A DNA stretch of 64,000 nt, taken from assembly GCA_051439605.1 (NCBI GenBank), contig JBFRWN010000077.1, positions 1-64,000 of the forward strand, given 5' to 3'. Made by a program: the position numbers and the translations under genes. Source of the DNA: Synechococcus sp. (lineage in GTDB: Bacteria; Cyanobacteriota; Cyanobacteriia; Thermostichales; PCC-7336). Below, piece after piece: positions 19,868-30,300 of the stretch (positions are counted from its first letter, which is position 1; each line of letters begins with the position of its first letter). The notes beneath the pieces were generated by a model that worked only from the letters and a program-made list of their open reading frames with translations, was not told where the DNA came from and did not search any database.

Positions 19868-21529
19868 ATGTCAAAGGAACTCCTTACTAGCCGCTCTAAT
19901 ATCATCCGCCATCTGTTACTAGCCAGCCTGCTTGCAATAATCGCTTCATGTGCGAAGACAAATACTCCGCAAGAGTCCATCACAGAAGAAGTCTCGGCCC
20001 TCAACAAGGAAGCGATCGCCGCAGACCCTAACAGAGCTGATGATGTCAATCCTAGATACATTCCTAGCGAGATCGGTCCTCAGGAATCAGAAAGCGACAA
20101 TCCCCCCAGTATCTCTGCAGATACAACCGCCACAAGTTCTGAGATCTCCAGTGCAGACCTACCTTCAGAACCATCAACAACAGCTGATGACAAGTCCCCA
20201 GAAATAGTCTCAAACATTCCTGCAGCCAATATCGACCTAGCTGAGGACTCTGAACCGACCAGAACTTCAGAACCCGAACCTTTGGCAGGGGGTAAGACAG
20301 GGGACGATGAGATAGCCACTCTAGATGAAAGAGCTAGCGATCGCGAAGCTGTAGATGAAACTGATGGAGAGATTGCAGCATCTCCAGACAGCGAGACCGA
20401 CCCCAACAGCGAAAATTCCAGTGGCGACACCAGTGCCGAAGAGGTCAGCCCTGGAACTGAGACCACAAACATTCGAGATCGCCAGTGGCGCCTTGTAGAA
20501 AGTCGCGGCACCTTACGAGCAGGTCTGGACCCCACCATCGGCTATGCTTACCTGCGCACAAATCCTGATGCCCTCCACTATGAAGGGTTCGAGTGGGATA
20601 TCTTTCAGGCGATTGCAGCAGAACTCAATGTGGCGATCGAACCCATTTATATCCCTTGGGCAGAACAGCTCAACGCTCTGCGAGACAATCGCGTCGATAT
20701 TATCTTTGGGGGGCGCGAGGCAGCAGGAGTCAATCCAAAGGATTTCCTGACTACTGCCCCCTACTACCTCAGTCCCCAAAGAATCGTGGTTCGTACACAA
20801 AATTCCAAGGAAATTCGGCACCTATCCGATTTATTTGGGCAAAAAGTGGGCATCGTAGCAGACAGTGCAGGAGCCGCAATTCTTGAAGTTTTCAACAGAG
20901 ATCGCGCCAATGCCCTGCACCTAGTGAACAGTAGCAACCCATCTCATTTATTCGAGCAGTTGCGACAAGCCCAATTGGATGCAGTCGTCATCGATCAGCC
21001 CATTGCTGTGGCTGAGATCGAACGATCTGTAGCCCACAGCTCCGATCCACAGCACTTGCAGCAGCCCTCCAGTGATAAGACAGACCCCTCCCTTAACCCA
21101 GACCCCACAAGTGCAGAGGAACGGTCCCCTAGCGAAGTCAGCTTGGCGGGTAATGCTTCAACCTCAGCAAGCGCAGTCCACAGTGAAGCAAGCTATGATG
21201 AAGCATCGAATCAAGAAGAGGGAAGAGTTAGAACAGCCTCTGAGAATCGAGACCTCAGCTCCGCTAGCCTATCGACGCTCCACTTACCCTCACAGTCGGC
21301 GAGTTCGGGCAAGAGCGAACCAGACGGTGCAGGCCAATTGTCGGTTGAAAACGCGAGCGTCTCGGGTCCGGTGCCATTAAGTATGGTGGGAGAACCCATG
21401 TTTCCAACCCCTTTAGTAGGGATCGTCAAAGCGGATCACGCTTCGCTGAGGCAAGCCATTGATGGAGCAATCTTCAACCTCGAGCGTGACGGAACCATTG
21501 CAGCCATTTTGGAGAAGTGGGAGTTATGA
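19868..21529 (+). CDS. Lipoprotein, family 3 (amino-acid type) solute-binding protein with long disordered inserts
   Basis: Lipobox LAIIASC, GTLRAGLD, GFEWDI, PYY, LDAVVID, DGTIAAILEKW. Confidence 0.8.
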   Translation: MSKELLTSRSNIIRHLLLASLLAIIASCAKTNTPQESITEEVSALNKEAIAADPNRADDVNPRYIPSEIGPQESESDNPPSISADTTATSSEISSADLPSEPSTTADDKSPEIVSNIPAANIDLAEDSEPTRTSEPEPLAGGKTGDDEIATLDERASDREAVDETDGEIAASPDSETDPNSENSSGDTSAEEVSPGTETTNIRDRQWRLVESRGTLRAGLDPTIGYAYLRTNPDALHYEGFEWDIFQAIAAELNVAIEPIYIPWAEQLNALRDNRVDIIFGGREAAGVNPKDFLTTAPYYLSPQRIVVRTQNSKEIRHLSDLFGQKVGIVADSAGAAILEVFNRDRANALHLVNSSNPSHLFEQLRQAQLDAVVIDQPIAVAEIERSVAHSSDPQHLQQPSSDKTDPSLNPDPTSAEERSPSEVSLAGNASTSASAVHSEASYDEASNQEEGRVRTASENRDLSSASLSTLHLPSQSASSGKSEPDGAGQLSVENASVSGPVPLSMVGEPMFPTPLVGIVKADHASLRQAIDGAIFNLERDGTIAAILEKWEL

Positions 21530-22623
21530 CACTGAGTGTGGGCACACCAATTATTGATGCAGGCTTGGCCAAATACGAGCCTGATTATTATGCAATTTTG
21601 GGTGTTCCCCTCAATGCCGATACTCGCCTGATTCGTAAAGGGTACTTAAACACAGCCAAGCGACTTCATCCAGATCGTTACATTGGTGAACCCGAAAAGC
21701 GCGTTACCGCCAACTGGTTATTTTCTAAGCTCATTAGCCCCGCCAGCGAAGTCCTCAATCGAGAGAAAGATCGGATTGAGTACCGCGAGGTGCTGCGGCT
21801 AAGGGTAAAACGGCTGATGTCTTTGCCCCCTGCAGATGTCTGGCCTCAATCCCACCATGCCGATGCGCTGCTTCAGGCTACGGATCTAGAATCCACCTAC
21901 AGAGATACCATTATCAATCTGGCAGACCATCAGTACTCGGACTTGGAAAAGGCCGTAACCTGCACCGGGGAACTAAGCAAAGTTAACTTGGCCTATCTCC
22001 TGCTGAGCAATGGGTACAAAGTAACATCAGAGGTCACACTAGCCTCAAGCACCTCCGAGAAAGCAGTTATCCCTGTCAAGAAAACTTCTCTTACCACTCC
22101 CGAGCCATCAGAAGGTAGCCAACAGGTCCATAGTCATTCCAGTGGCTACAAAGCTAGCGCACATAAGACCCATGCCCCCCGTACCTCAACAACTTCTAGT
22201 GCTTCTGGACTAAGCACTGAGAACGCATCTACCACTTTCCCTCCTCCCGAAGAATCGAATCCCATCGAAAAGCCCGGCGAGAAACGCTTCCAGCAGGCTA
22301 AAAAAATGATGCAGAGAAAACTCTATAAAGAGGCCATCCAATACCTCAATATTGCCATCAGTACAGATCCCCAGAACCCAGATTACTTCTACGAACGCGG
22401 ACTGGCCTATCTAAAGCTCAACAATGCACCTAGAGCTCGTCAAGATTTCCAAAAGGTTCTCGCTCTCTCTCCAGAACACCCACAAGCTCTTAAGAAAATG
22501 GCCACCATGGGACACAGCATGGGCTCCCAAAAAACAACAGCGAAAGCCACCCCTGCGAACGCCTCTAGCAGAAGCACGCCAACAGAAAAGAAAGGAGTGT
22601 TTGGCCGCTTATTCAATCGCTAA
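21526..22623 (+). CDS. J-domain protein with C-terminal TPR
   Basis: DYYAILGV, LHPD, C-terminal TPR (YYERGLAY...QDFQKVLALSP); ATGA overlap with upstream gene. Confidence 0.9.
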   Translation: MTLSVGTPIIDAGLAKYEPDYYAILGVPLNADTRLIRKGYLNTAKRLHPDRYIGEPEKRVTANWLFSKLISPASEVLNREKDRIEYREVLRLRVKRLMSLPPADVWPQSHHADALLQATDLESTYRDTIINLADHQYSDLEKAVTCTGELSKVNLAYLLLSNGYKVTSEVTLASSTSEKAVIPVKKTSLTTPEPSEGSQQVHSHSSGYKASAHKTHAPRTSTTSSASGLSTENASTTFPPPEESNPIEKPGEKRFQQAKKMMQRKLYKEAIQYLNIAISTDPQNPDYFYERGLAYLKLNNAPRARQDFQKVLALSPEHPQALKKMATMGHSMGSQKTTAKATPANASSRSTPTEKKGVFGRLFNR

Positions 22624-22937
22624 TGCTCGGGAAATTAGCTTTTGTAGCGATCTTCTTCAAGTCTGCCGGACACTCGAACCACCCAGAACTCTTGCTAAGC
22701 ACAGGCCTGTCTGTCCCGACTCAAATGGCGAAAGCAAAAAAATCTCTATTACCTCTCTTATCGCGCTGTGGATCGACTGTCTGAAGAGTGAGGTTCTTGA
22801 GATGTTTTCAAGAGTTTGGCCATTATCAAGCCATTCCAGTTTGAATCTTCCAACACCACCGCCCCAGAAATAATATTCCGGGGCATCTAGGATTTTGTGC
22901 CACTAGAGACTACACCAGCAACATCGATTGATATTTG

Positions 22938-23768
22938 CTATGAGTTAATTGGATCGTACTTTGCTGTTCTAACCTGCGTTGCTAAGCCGAGCTTCTTCAA
23001 TACCTTAACTGCTATCCAGGTTGCATCAACTTCCCACCAACGGAGACCGTGGCGAGCAGAATAGGGGTAGGCATGGTGATTGTTGTGCCACCCTTCACCA
23101 TAAGCAAGTATGGCAACCCACCAGCAGTTTTTCGATTTATCACCGCTCTCAAAGTTACGGTATCCAAACTTATGGGTGGCACTATTCACTAGCCACGTAC
23201 TGTGGTAGACCATGACGAGTCGAACAAACACCCCCCAGACGACAAAACTCCAGCCACCCCAGAAATATAGGAGCGTCCCCAAAATGAACTGAGGTAGCAG
23301 GAAAAATTTCTGCATGAACTCGTAGAAAGAGTCACCGTTCATATCCCCCGTGTAACGACGAATTTGCTCTTGTGGAGGAGGAGAGTACATCAACCACCCC
23401 ATGTGGCTCCACCAGAACCCCTTATTGGAATCGTGAGGATCGTCGGAAGTATCTGAGAACTTGTGGTGAATGCGATGCATGCCCACCCAGTCAATCGGGC
23501 TTCCTTCTGCAGTCAAAGTTCCCAGCGTCGCCAGAATGTACTCTAACCACTTGGGTGTCTTGAAGCTGCGGTGAGCAATTAAACGGTGGAAGCCAAGGGT
23601 AATGCCCAAACCACCTGTGATCCAGTGAAGGGCAACTGCCAATCCAACCGCAGCCCAACTAAAGGTGAATGGAGCAAAGAGAGCGCCACCATGGATGATG
23701 GTCATAAAGATAATGACAGGCCAGTTGAGCTGCTGCCGCGCCTGTGGGGGAAGGGATGTTGTAGTCAT
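22938..23768 (-). CDS. desC: Delta-9 acyl-lipid desaturase
   Basis: HRLIAH, HRIHH, HNNHH boxes. Confidence 0.95.
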   Translation of the reverse strand: MTTTSLPPQARQQLNWPVIIFMTIIHGGALFAPFTFSWAAVGLAVALHWITGGLGITLGFHRLIAHRSFKTPKWLEYILATLGTLTAEGSPIDWVGMHRIHHKFSDTSDDPHDSNKGFWWSHMGWLMYSPPPQEQIRRYTGDMNGDSFYEFMQKFFLLPQFILGTLLYFWGGWSFVVWGVFVRLVMVYHSTWLVNSATHKFGYRNFESGDKSKNCWWVAILAYGEGWHNNHHAYPYSARHGLRWWEVDATWIAVKVLKKLGLATQVRTAKYDPINS

Positions 23769-23821
23769 AAAACTTATATTAAGGGCTTTTGACCAATCTT
23801 TTTTGAGAATAATTTCAATAA

Positions 23822-25042
23822 ATGCACGAACATCTAAACCCAGTATTCCGAAACATTGACAACATCGTTCAGATGAATTTGGAGCGCGTTCTCAGTGCTT
23901 TTCGGGATCATCGCATCGGCGCGCGGCATTTTTCGAGTGTGTCGGGTTATGGTCATGACGATTTAGGTAGAGAAGCGCTCGATCGCGTGTTCGCCCAGGT
24001 CATGGGAGCAGACGCGGCAGCAGTGAGGGTGCAGTTTGTGTCGGGAACCCACGCGATCGCCTGTGCCCTATTCGGCGTGCTGCGACCTGGCGATGAATTG
24101 TTGGCTGTAGCTGGGGCCCCTTACGACACCTTGGAAGAGGTGATTGGCTTGCGGGGGGACAACCAGGGATCGCTGCGGGAGTTTGGTGTGACCTACCGAC
24201 AGGTGGAGCTAACCAACGAGGGCAGGGTGGATTGGAATGCTTTAGCCGAAGCCGTTGGACCAAACACCCGCATGGTACACATTCAGAGGTCCTGTGGCTA
24301 TGATTGGCGGCCCAGCCTAACGATTGCAGATATCGCGCGAGTGGTGGGGAGCATTAAACGGCAGAACTCGAATACGGTCTGTTTTGTGGATAACTGCTAC
24401 GGGGAATTTGTCGAACCGCAGGAACCCTGTCATGTCGGAGCAGATTTAATTGCGGGATCGCTGATCAAGAACCCGGGCGGAACCATTGCACCTGCCGGTG
24501 GTTATGTTGCGGGACGAGGGGACCTGGTAGAACAAGCAGCCTGCCGATTGACTGCCCCCGGAATTGGTCGAGAGGGCGGGGCAACCCTCGACCTCAATCG
24601 ATTGCTGTTTCAGGGGCTTTTTATGGCGCCTCAAGTGGTGGGGGAAGCGGTGAAGATTGCCCACTTAGGGGCCGCCACGTTTCATACCATGGGATATGCA
24701 GTCTCCCCTTTACCGGAGGAACCCCGCACGGACGTCATTCAAGCCATTCAGTTGGGATCGGCGGAAAAAGTGCAGGAATTTTGCCGAACGATCCAAAAGC
24801 ATTCGCCGATTGATTCCTACCTGGATCCAGTGCCCGATCGCATTCCAGGGTATGCGGATGCCGTCGTGATGGCGGGGGGAACGTTTATTGAAGGCAGCAC
24901 CCTGGAACTCTCAGCCGATGGGCCGTTGCGGGAACCCTTCACGGTGTTTTTGCAGGGGGGAACCCACCTCAGCCACGGAGCACTTGCCATCGAAGCAGCA
25001 GCGGCAGCCATTCGTCAGCTGGAGGACCCTAGCAAAGGATAA
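23822..25042 (+). CDS. Methionine gamma-lyase / aluminium-resistance (YnbB) family PLP protein
   Basis: GYGHDDLGR, VSGTHAI, DNCYGEF, GSLIKNPGG, ELSADGP. Confidence 0.92.
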   Translation: MHEHLNPVFRNIDNIVQMNLERVLSAFRDHRIGARHFSSVSGYGHDDLGREALDRVFAQVMGADAAAVRVQFVSGTHAIACALFGVLRPGDELLAVAGAPYDTLEEVIGLRGDNQGSLREFGVTYRQVELTNEGRVDWNALAEAVGPNTRMVHIQRSCGYDWRPSLTIADIARVVGSIKRQNSNTVCFVDNCYGEFVEPQEPCHVGADLIAGSLIKNPGGTIAPAGGYVAGRGDLVEQAACRLTAPGIGREGGATLDLNRLLFQGLFMAPQVVGEAVKIAHLGAATFHTMGYAVSPLPEEPRTDVIQAIQLGSAEKVQEFCRTIQKHSPIDSYLDPVPDRIPGYADAVVMAGGTFIEGSTLELSADGPLREPFTVFLQGGTHLSHGALAIEAAAAAIRQLEDPSKG

Positions 25043-25157
25043 TCCCAGCAGTTCTAATGGGTTGCCATCAGTGGGGGAGTCTCTTATCCCGCGCTATGCT
25101 CGCAGTTCGGGAGGGATGATATTGCGATAATCTCCGTAAAGGTGCAATCTCGCCACG

Positions 25158-25250
25158 TTTAGATGTGGCTATTTCAGCTCAGGCAGTTAGGTCTAGCCTC
25201 AGTCAGGATGTGCGAACGTGAAATGGCCAAGCGATTTGACGGTCGCGATA
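25158..25250 (+). repeat. ~95-bp dispersed repeat, copy 3
   Basis: GGCTATTTCAGCT...GTGAAATGGCCAAGCGATTTGACGGTCGCGATA. Confidence 0.65.
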
Positions 25251-25323
25251 ACTGCGAGACATCTGGGCATTCATCCCCAGGGTGCTTTTGGGGGCAGTCG
25301 ATGTAAGTATCTGTGAGGCGATC

Positions 25324-27324
25324 GTGGAACAAGGGACGTTGGTTGAATTTCGCCTCCAAGGCGATCGTCAGCTGGCCGTAGTGCAGGGTAAGGAAGGCAA
25401 GAAGAATCTACTGTTGTCAGTAGCCTCTGGCCAGACCCATTCTGTACACCCTCGGCAGATCACCTATGTCTTACCTGGTGAGGGATACAAGAGTGAAGAG
25501 ATTGCTTCATTCATCGATCGGGTTGAGTCTGAACTCGACGCTGACAGTTTGGAAATTGCTTGGGAGTTTTTGCTGGAGGAGCAACAGTCTGTGAAACCTC
25601 CCGAACTTGCAGAAATTCTATTCTCCAGTACTGAAGCCTCTAGCGTATATGCCGCTTACCGCATGCTGAGCGAGGATCGCCTGTATTTCAAGCAAAAAGG
25701 GGACGCGTTCGAACCTCGCTCGCAAACCCAAGTGGCAGAAATCAAACACCAAATTGAGGTCACCGAACGCAAGGAGCGGGAGAAAAATGAATTTGCAAAT
25801 CGCCTGCAGCAGGCATTAACGAACGGTGGAGGAGTGTCTTGGACCCCATCCGATCGCCTGCGCCTGGAATCACTAGAGCGATTTGCACTGTATGGAGAGG
25901 AGGCATCTGACAAGGCAAAAGCAATCGCCCTGCTAGAGCAGCTGCAGAGGGGAGCCAGTGCAGACGTTGCTTTCCAAACGCTGGTCGATCTAGGACTGTG
26001 GGATATTCACGAGAATCTCGAACTGCGCCGATCTCAAGCCCCTAGAGAATTTCCCGAGACCGTAAAGGAAGCGGTGCAACATTTGTTGGAGAGCCCACCA
26101 GAGGACAACAGCGATCGCCGCGATCTGACCCACCTGCACACCTACACCATTGACGATGCCAGTACACGGGAAATTGACGATGCCCTCAGCATCGAGTTTC
26201 TGGAGGATGGACGACAACGACTATGGATTCACATTGCTGACCCCACCCGCTGGGTTCTACCAGGATCCGAATTAGATGTAGAAGCCCGCAAGCGGGTAAC
26301 GACTATTTACCTGCCTGAAATTGTCATTCCCATGTTTCCACTAGAACTGGCAGCGGGACCGATGAGCTTACGGCAGGGAGAAATTTCCAGTGCTCTCAGT
26401 TTTGGCGTCGTGCTGGATGAAGTTGGGGAGATCGAGGATGTGGAAATTTGCCCTAGCCACATCAAGGTGTCTTATCGGCTCACCTACGATGACGCCGACG
26501 AGATGCTCGAGATGGGGGTGGAGAAAGAACTGACGGAGATCGCAGCAGCGGCGCAGTTGCGCTATCGCTGGCGCATCGATCGCGGAGCGATAGACATTGG
26601 CTTGCCGGATCAGGACATCAAGGTAGTGGATGGTGTGCCGTCGATTGGGGTGATCGACGATACGCCATCCCGGCAGATGGTGGCCGAGATGATGGTACTG
26701 TCTGGGGCTGCCGCCGCACAATTTTGCGCGGAGCGAGAGATTGCTGTCCCCTACCGCACCCAGCCTGCACCAGAGTTACCATCAGAAGACGAGCTGGCCC
26801 TGTTTGGGAACGGTCATGCTCGCTCGTTTGCCATCATGCGCTGCATGAAAAAAGGCGAAGTCTCTACCGCCCCCGATCGCCATGCTGGGCTAGGGCTAGA
26901 TTTCTACAGTCAAGTGACCTCACCCATCCGTCGCTACAGTGACTTGATCGCCCATTATCAAATCAAAGCAGCCCTCAGCGATCGCGAGCCACCATTTGAT
27001 GCCCATAGCCTGAAGGATGTGGTAGCCAGCCTGGGAGCAGTAGCGGGGGAATCAGTGATGATAGAGCGACAAACTAACCGCTATTGGAGCATGGAATTTT
27101 TGCGCCTGCGATCGGATGTTGTCTGGCGCTCCTTAGTTCTGGGGCATTTGCGAGAACATGAGAATTTGGCATTGGTCATGCTGGATGAAATTGCGTTTCG
27201 CATTCCAGTGAGATTCAAGCGGCATGTGAACCCAGGGGAATGGGTACAGTTGCAGGTGACAGAGGTACATCCCCGTGGAGATCGAATTGATTTTGAAGAG
27301 GTCACTGCAAGCGACACCGACTAA
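25324..27324 (+). CDS. rnb: RNase II/R family exoribonuclease
   Basis: TIDDASTREIDDALS, TSPIRRYSDL; GTG 25324 gives MEQGTLVEFR. Confidence 0.93.
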   Translation: MEQGTLVEFRLQGDRQLAVVQGKEGKKNLLLSVASGQTHSVHPRQITYVLPGEGYKSEEIASFIDRVESELDADSLEIAWEFLLEEQQSVKPPELAEILFSSTEASSVYAAYRMLSEDRLYFKQKGDAFEPRSQTQVAEIKHQIEVTERKEREKNEFANRLQQALTNGGGVSWTPSDRLRLESLERFALYGEEASDKAKAIALLEQLQRGASADVAFQTLVDLGLWDIHENLELRRSQAPREFPETVKEAVQHLLESPPEDNSDRRDLTHLHTYTIDDASTREIDDALSIEFLEDGRQRLWIHIADPTRWVLPGSELDVEARKRVTTIYLPEIVIPMFPLELAAGPMSLRQGEISSALSFGVVLDEVGEIEDVEICPSHIKVSYRLTYDDADEMLEMGVEKELTEIAAAAQLRYRWRIDRGAIDIGLPDQDIKVVDGVPSIGVIDDTPSRQMVAEMMVLSGAAAAQFCAEREIAVPYRTQPAPELPSEDELALFGNGHARSFAIMRCMKKGEVSTAPDRHAGLGLDFYSQVTSPIRRYSDLIAHYQIKAALSDREPPFDAHSLKDVVASLGAVAGESVMIERQTNRYWSMEFLRLRSDVVWRSLVLGHLREHENLALVMLDEIAFRIPVRFKRHVNPGEWVQLQVTEVHPRGDRIDFEEVTASDTD

Positions 27325-27551
27325 TACTCGGGGACATTTCAATATCGAGTGCATCTAGCCAACGTCTGGCGCAGCAATCAGGTTGCTACAGTCTCTATAA
27401 TGAAGCCTTGTTGAATACCGCCAAGCGGTCTATTCCGAAACACAAGCTCTTGTCATCAAATACCCACATATCGAGAGTGAAGCTTAAATCTCGTACCAGT
27501 CTTAGATACTCTCTCTAGAATCAAAATGGCCCTCTTCCACAGGATTGACCC

Positions 27552-28676
27552 ATGGATACTGCTGCCGTCCTTCCCCTTCAAGCTCCTAAAGATGTCTCAG
27601 TCGAAGAAATTCAAGCGGAACTGAGTAATATCTGGACAGCCAAAGGGGATAGCGTTGCCGCCCGTGCCGCCACCTTTAACCTGATTGTTTACGAATCCCC
27701 CGAACGCCATAATCTCGCCCTACCCTCCACTGTTGAGGCGATCGCCGCTCAAAATCCCTGTCGCGTCATTAACCTCCAATCGATGCCAGAGGGGCAAGGG
27801 AACGTTCTTCAAGCTCAAGTAGCCGCATACTGCCCCATTCGCCAAGACAAAGGCTCGCTCGTATGTTGCGAATACATCACGCTACAAGCGTCCCCAGAAG
27901 CATTTGAACGCACCTGCAGTACAGTGTCCTCTCTGCTAATTGCCGACCTGCCAACCTATCTGTGGTGGCAGGGGGACTTAGACCTGCAAAGCCGTCTATT
28001 TCAACTGTTGGTGAACACCAGCCATCGCATCATTGTTGACTCCAGCACCTTTGTTTACCCAGAAGAAGACTTGCAGGAGGTGCATCAGCTGGCCAAGGGA
28101 GGCAACTATGTTGGTGACCTCAACTGGCGTCGCCTGAACTCCTGGCAAGAACTCACCGCCCAAGCTTTCGATCCACCAGAAAGACGGGATTCTTTGGGTG
28201 AGATCGACCGCGTCACCATCGACTACCAAGCAGACAATCCCTGCCAAGCTTGGATGTATTTGGGCTGGTTTGCCAGCCGTTTGGGATGGCAACCGGTATC
28301 CCGCCTGCAAACTACTGAGCACGACTACTTAATCGATCGCCTCACCTTTAAAAATGACCATTGTGAGGAAATTCAGGTAGAGTTAGCCTCTGTCCCCACC
28401 ATCACCCCTACTCGCGGAGAGCTGGTGGGACTGCGGCTCAACTCTACCAATCCCAATGCCGATGCGTGTACTGTTTTGTGTTCCGAAACCACCGGCTGCA
28501 TGCGCATGGAGGTGAAGGGTGGAGCCCAAAGCTGCCGCATTCAGCAGGTGTCTCCCATCGAGCAACTGACGGCAGAGACGCTACTGGCCCAGCAACTGCA
28601 GCGTGCGGGTCAGGATGCACTGTACGAAGAGTCCATTGCCATGGTGCAGCAACTGTTGAATGCACCCGCGCCCTAA
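27552..28676 (+). CDS. opcA: Glucose-6-phosphate dehydrogenase assembly/activator protein
   Basis: LQAPKDVS..EI..EL..IW, AYCP, CCEYITL, DLNWRRL..WQELTA, CTVLCSETTGCMRME. Confidence 0.93.
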   Translation: MDTAAVLPLQAPKDVSVEEIQAELSNIWTAKGDSVAARAATFNLIVYESPERHNLALPSTVEAIAAQNPCRVINLQSMPEGQGNVLQAQVAAYCPIRQDKGSLVCCEYITLQASPEAFERTCSTVSSLLIADLPTYLWWQGDLDLQSRLFQLLVNTSHRIIVDSSTFVYPEEDLQEVHQLAKGGNYVGDLNWRRLNSWQELTAQAFDPPERRDSLGEIDRVTIDYQADNPCQAWMYLGWFASRLGWQPVSRLQTTEHDYLIDRLTFKNDHCEEIQVELASVPTITPTRGELVGLRLNSTNPNADACTVLCSETTGCMRMEVKGGAQSCRIQQVSPIEQLTAETLLAQQLQRAGQDALYEESIAMVQQLLNAPAP

Positions 28677-28949
28677 TCGTTAAAGATCCGGGACCCGGCT
28701 CAGAAATTTTGGCAGAGAGTGGACTATCAACATCAATGGCGTACAAGATTGATGGCGTGCCAGATTGATATCTGCCCGCCTCGCAACGCTTTTTCTGAGA
28801 AAAACTATGCCTTGGAGACAGGTCGCAAGAGGGATTTTTAGCAGGAGGAAGGAGCGATCCCCTGATCACGTCTAGGTTCTAGCGGTATTTCCCCGAGACA
28901 TCCATCAACTTCTGATAGACTATTTAAACATTAAGAAATACAAAGTTTC

Positions 28950-29903
28950 ATGAATGTACTGATAGTCGGCGCCACCGGAACACTGGGTCGTCAAGTCGCT
29001 CGAAAGGCGATTGAGGCCGGTCATTCGGTCACTTGCATGATTCGCAATCCCGAGAAAGCTGCGTTCTTAAGCGAGTGGGGGGCAACTATCAAGGTTGGGA
29101 ACCTAGTTCGCCCGGAAACCCTACCGTTCTGCCTCAAAGATATCGAGGTGGTGGTAGACTGCGCGACTGTACGACCCTCCAGTAACCGCAGCGTGAAAGA
29201 GGTGGACTGGGACGGCAAGGTTGCTTTAATTAATGCCGCCCGTGCTGCCGAGGTCAAGCAGTACATATTTTTCTCCATCTTCCGCTCGGAGGAGTTCCCG
29301 AATGTTCCGCTGATGATCTGCAAGTACCATGTCGAAGAGTATCTAAAACGTTCAATGGTGCCCTACACCATTTTTCGCCCCTGTGGATTCATGCAGGGGT
29401 TGATTGGGCAGTACGCTATTCCCGTTCTGGAAGAACAAGTGGTATGGACCACCGATCCCCCCACCCCAATCGCCTACATCGACACCATCGACGCCGCCAA
29501 AATTGCTGTCAAGGCGATCGGTCACGAGGGTGCTATCCGACAGACATTGCCCCTCTCTGGCAGCAAGGGATGGGAACCTCGAGAAGTCATTGCCCTCTGC
29601 GAGCGCATGTCCGGCAACCGGGCCAAAATCAGCACCATGCCCTTGGGTCTGTTGCGGGGTGCACGAAAGGTACTGAACTTTTTCCAATGGACTTGGAATA
29701 TTGCCGATCGCCTGGCATTCTCCGAGGTACTCGCCAGCGGTAAGCCCATGCAGGAGGATATGGAGCCTGTCTACGAGTTGCTAGACATCGATCCCAGCGA
29801 GTTGACCACCCTAGAGGGGTATCTGTTGGAATACTTCGAGCGCATCATGAAGAAGTTGCGCGACTCTAAATACAAAGATCCCCGCAAGATGACGAGGTTC
29901 TAA
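28950..29903 (+). CDS. ycf39: Ycf39 / NmrA-like atypical SDR (PSII assembly)
   Basis: GATGTLGRQ, AFLSEWGA, VDWDGK, GLIGQYAIP, DRLAFSEV. Confidence 0.92.
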   Translation: MNVLIVGATGTLGRQVARKAIEAGHSVTCMIRNPEKAAFLSEWGATIKVGNLVRPETLPFCLKDIEVVVDCATVRPSSNRSVKEVDWDGKVALINAARAAEVKQYIFFSIFRSEEFPNVPLMICKYHVEEYLKRSMVPYTIFRPCGFMQGLIGQYAIPVLEEQVVWTTDPPTPIAYIDTIDAAKIAVKAIGHEGAIRQTLPLSGSKGWEPREVIALCERMSGNRAKISTMPLGLLRGARKVLNFFQWTWNIADRLAFSEVLASGKPMQEDMEPVYELLDIDPSELTTLEGYLLEYFERIMKKLRDSKYKDPRKMTRF

Positions 29904-30300
29904 ACCCCTGTCACTCCCCATCACTCGAGATGGTCCAAATGAGTGAAAGGTCAGCTAACACAATGGGCGTAGGGCAGATTTGAGCAAATAGTATTTGTTG
30001 GGGTTTGCAGATTGAATCTTTGACTGAGAGTGTTACCAACAGTTGTGCCGTCCCGAAATAAGCAACTGTTCTACACGGTACTGACCCTGATTTTCAGCAT
30101 AACTGCTGTGATTGAAGCAATCCGCGATCCACTTACTGTTGAAAGATTCTTAAGGAAATCTCCGCCATCTCCACAGGGTGGGAACTCTTGCCGAACAGGC
30201 GCAACCCTTGCACACAAAACGTTGCACGGTTTGGCCGGACAATCTCTATTTCACCACCAGCTATGGCTATGCTGAGAACGGAGCGTAGGAAGAAGATTCG

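Noticed and set aside
29904..30300. Cobalamin riboswitch or small ORF upstream of cobO
   Set aside because: No recognisable B12-box; ORF 30030-30275 has no protein-like features.
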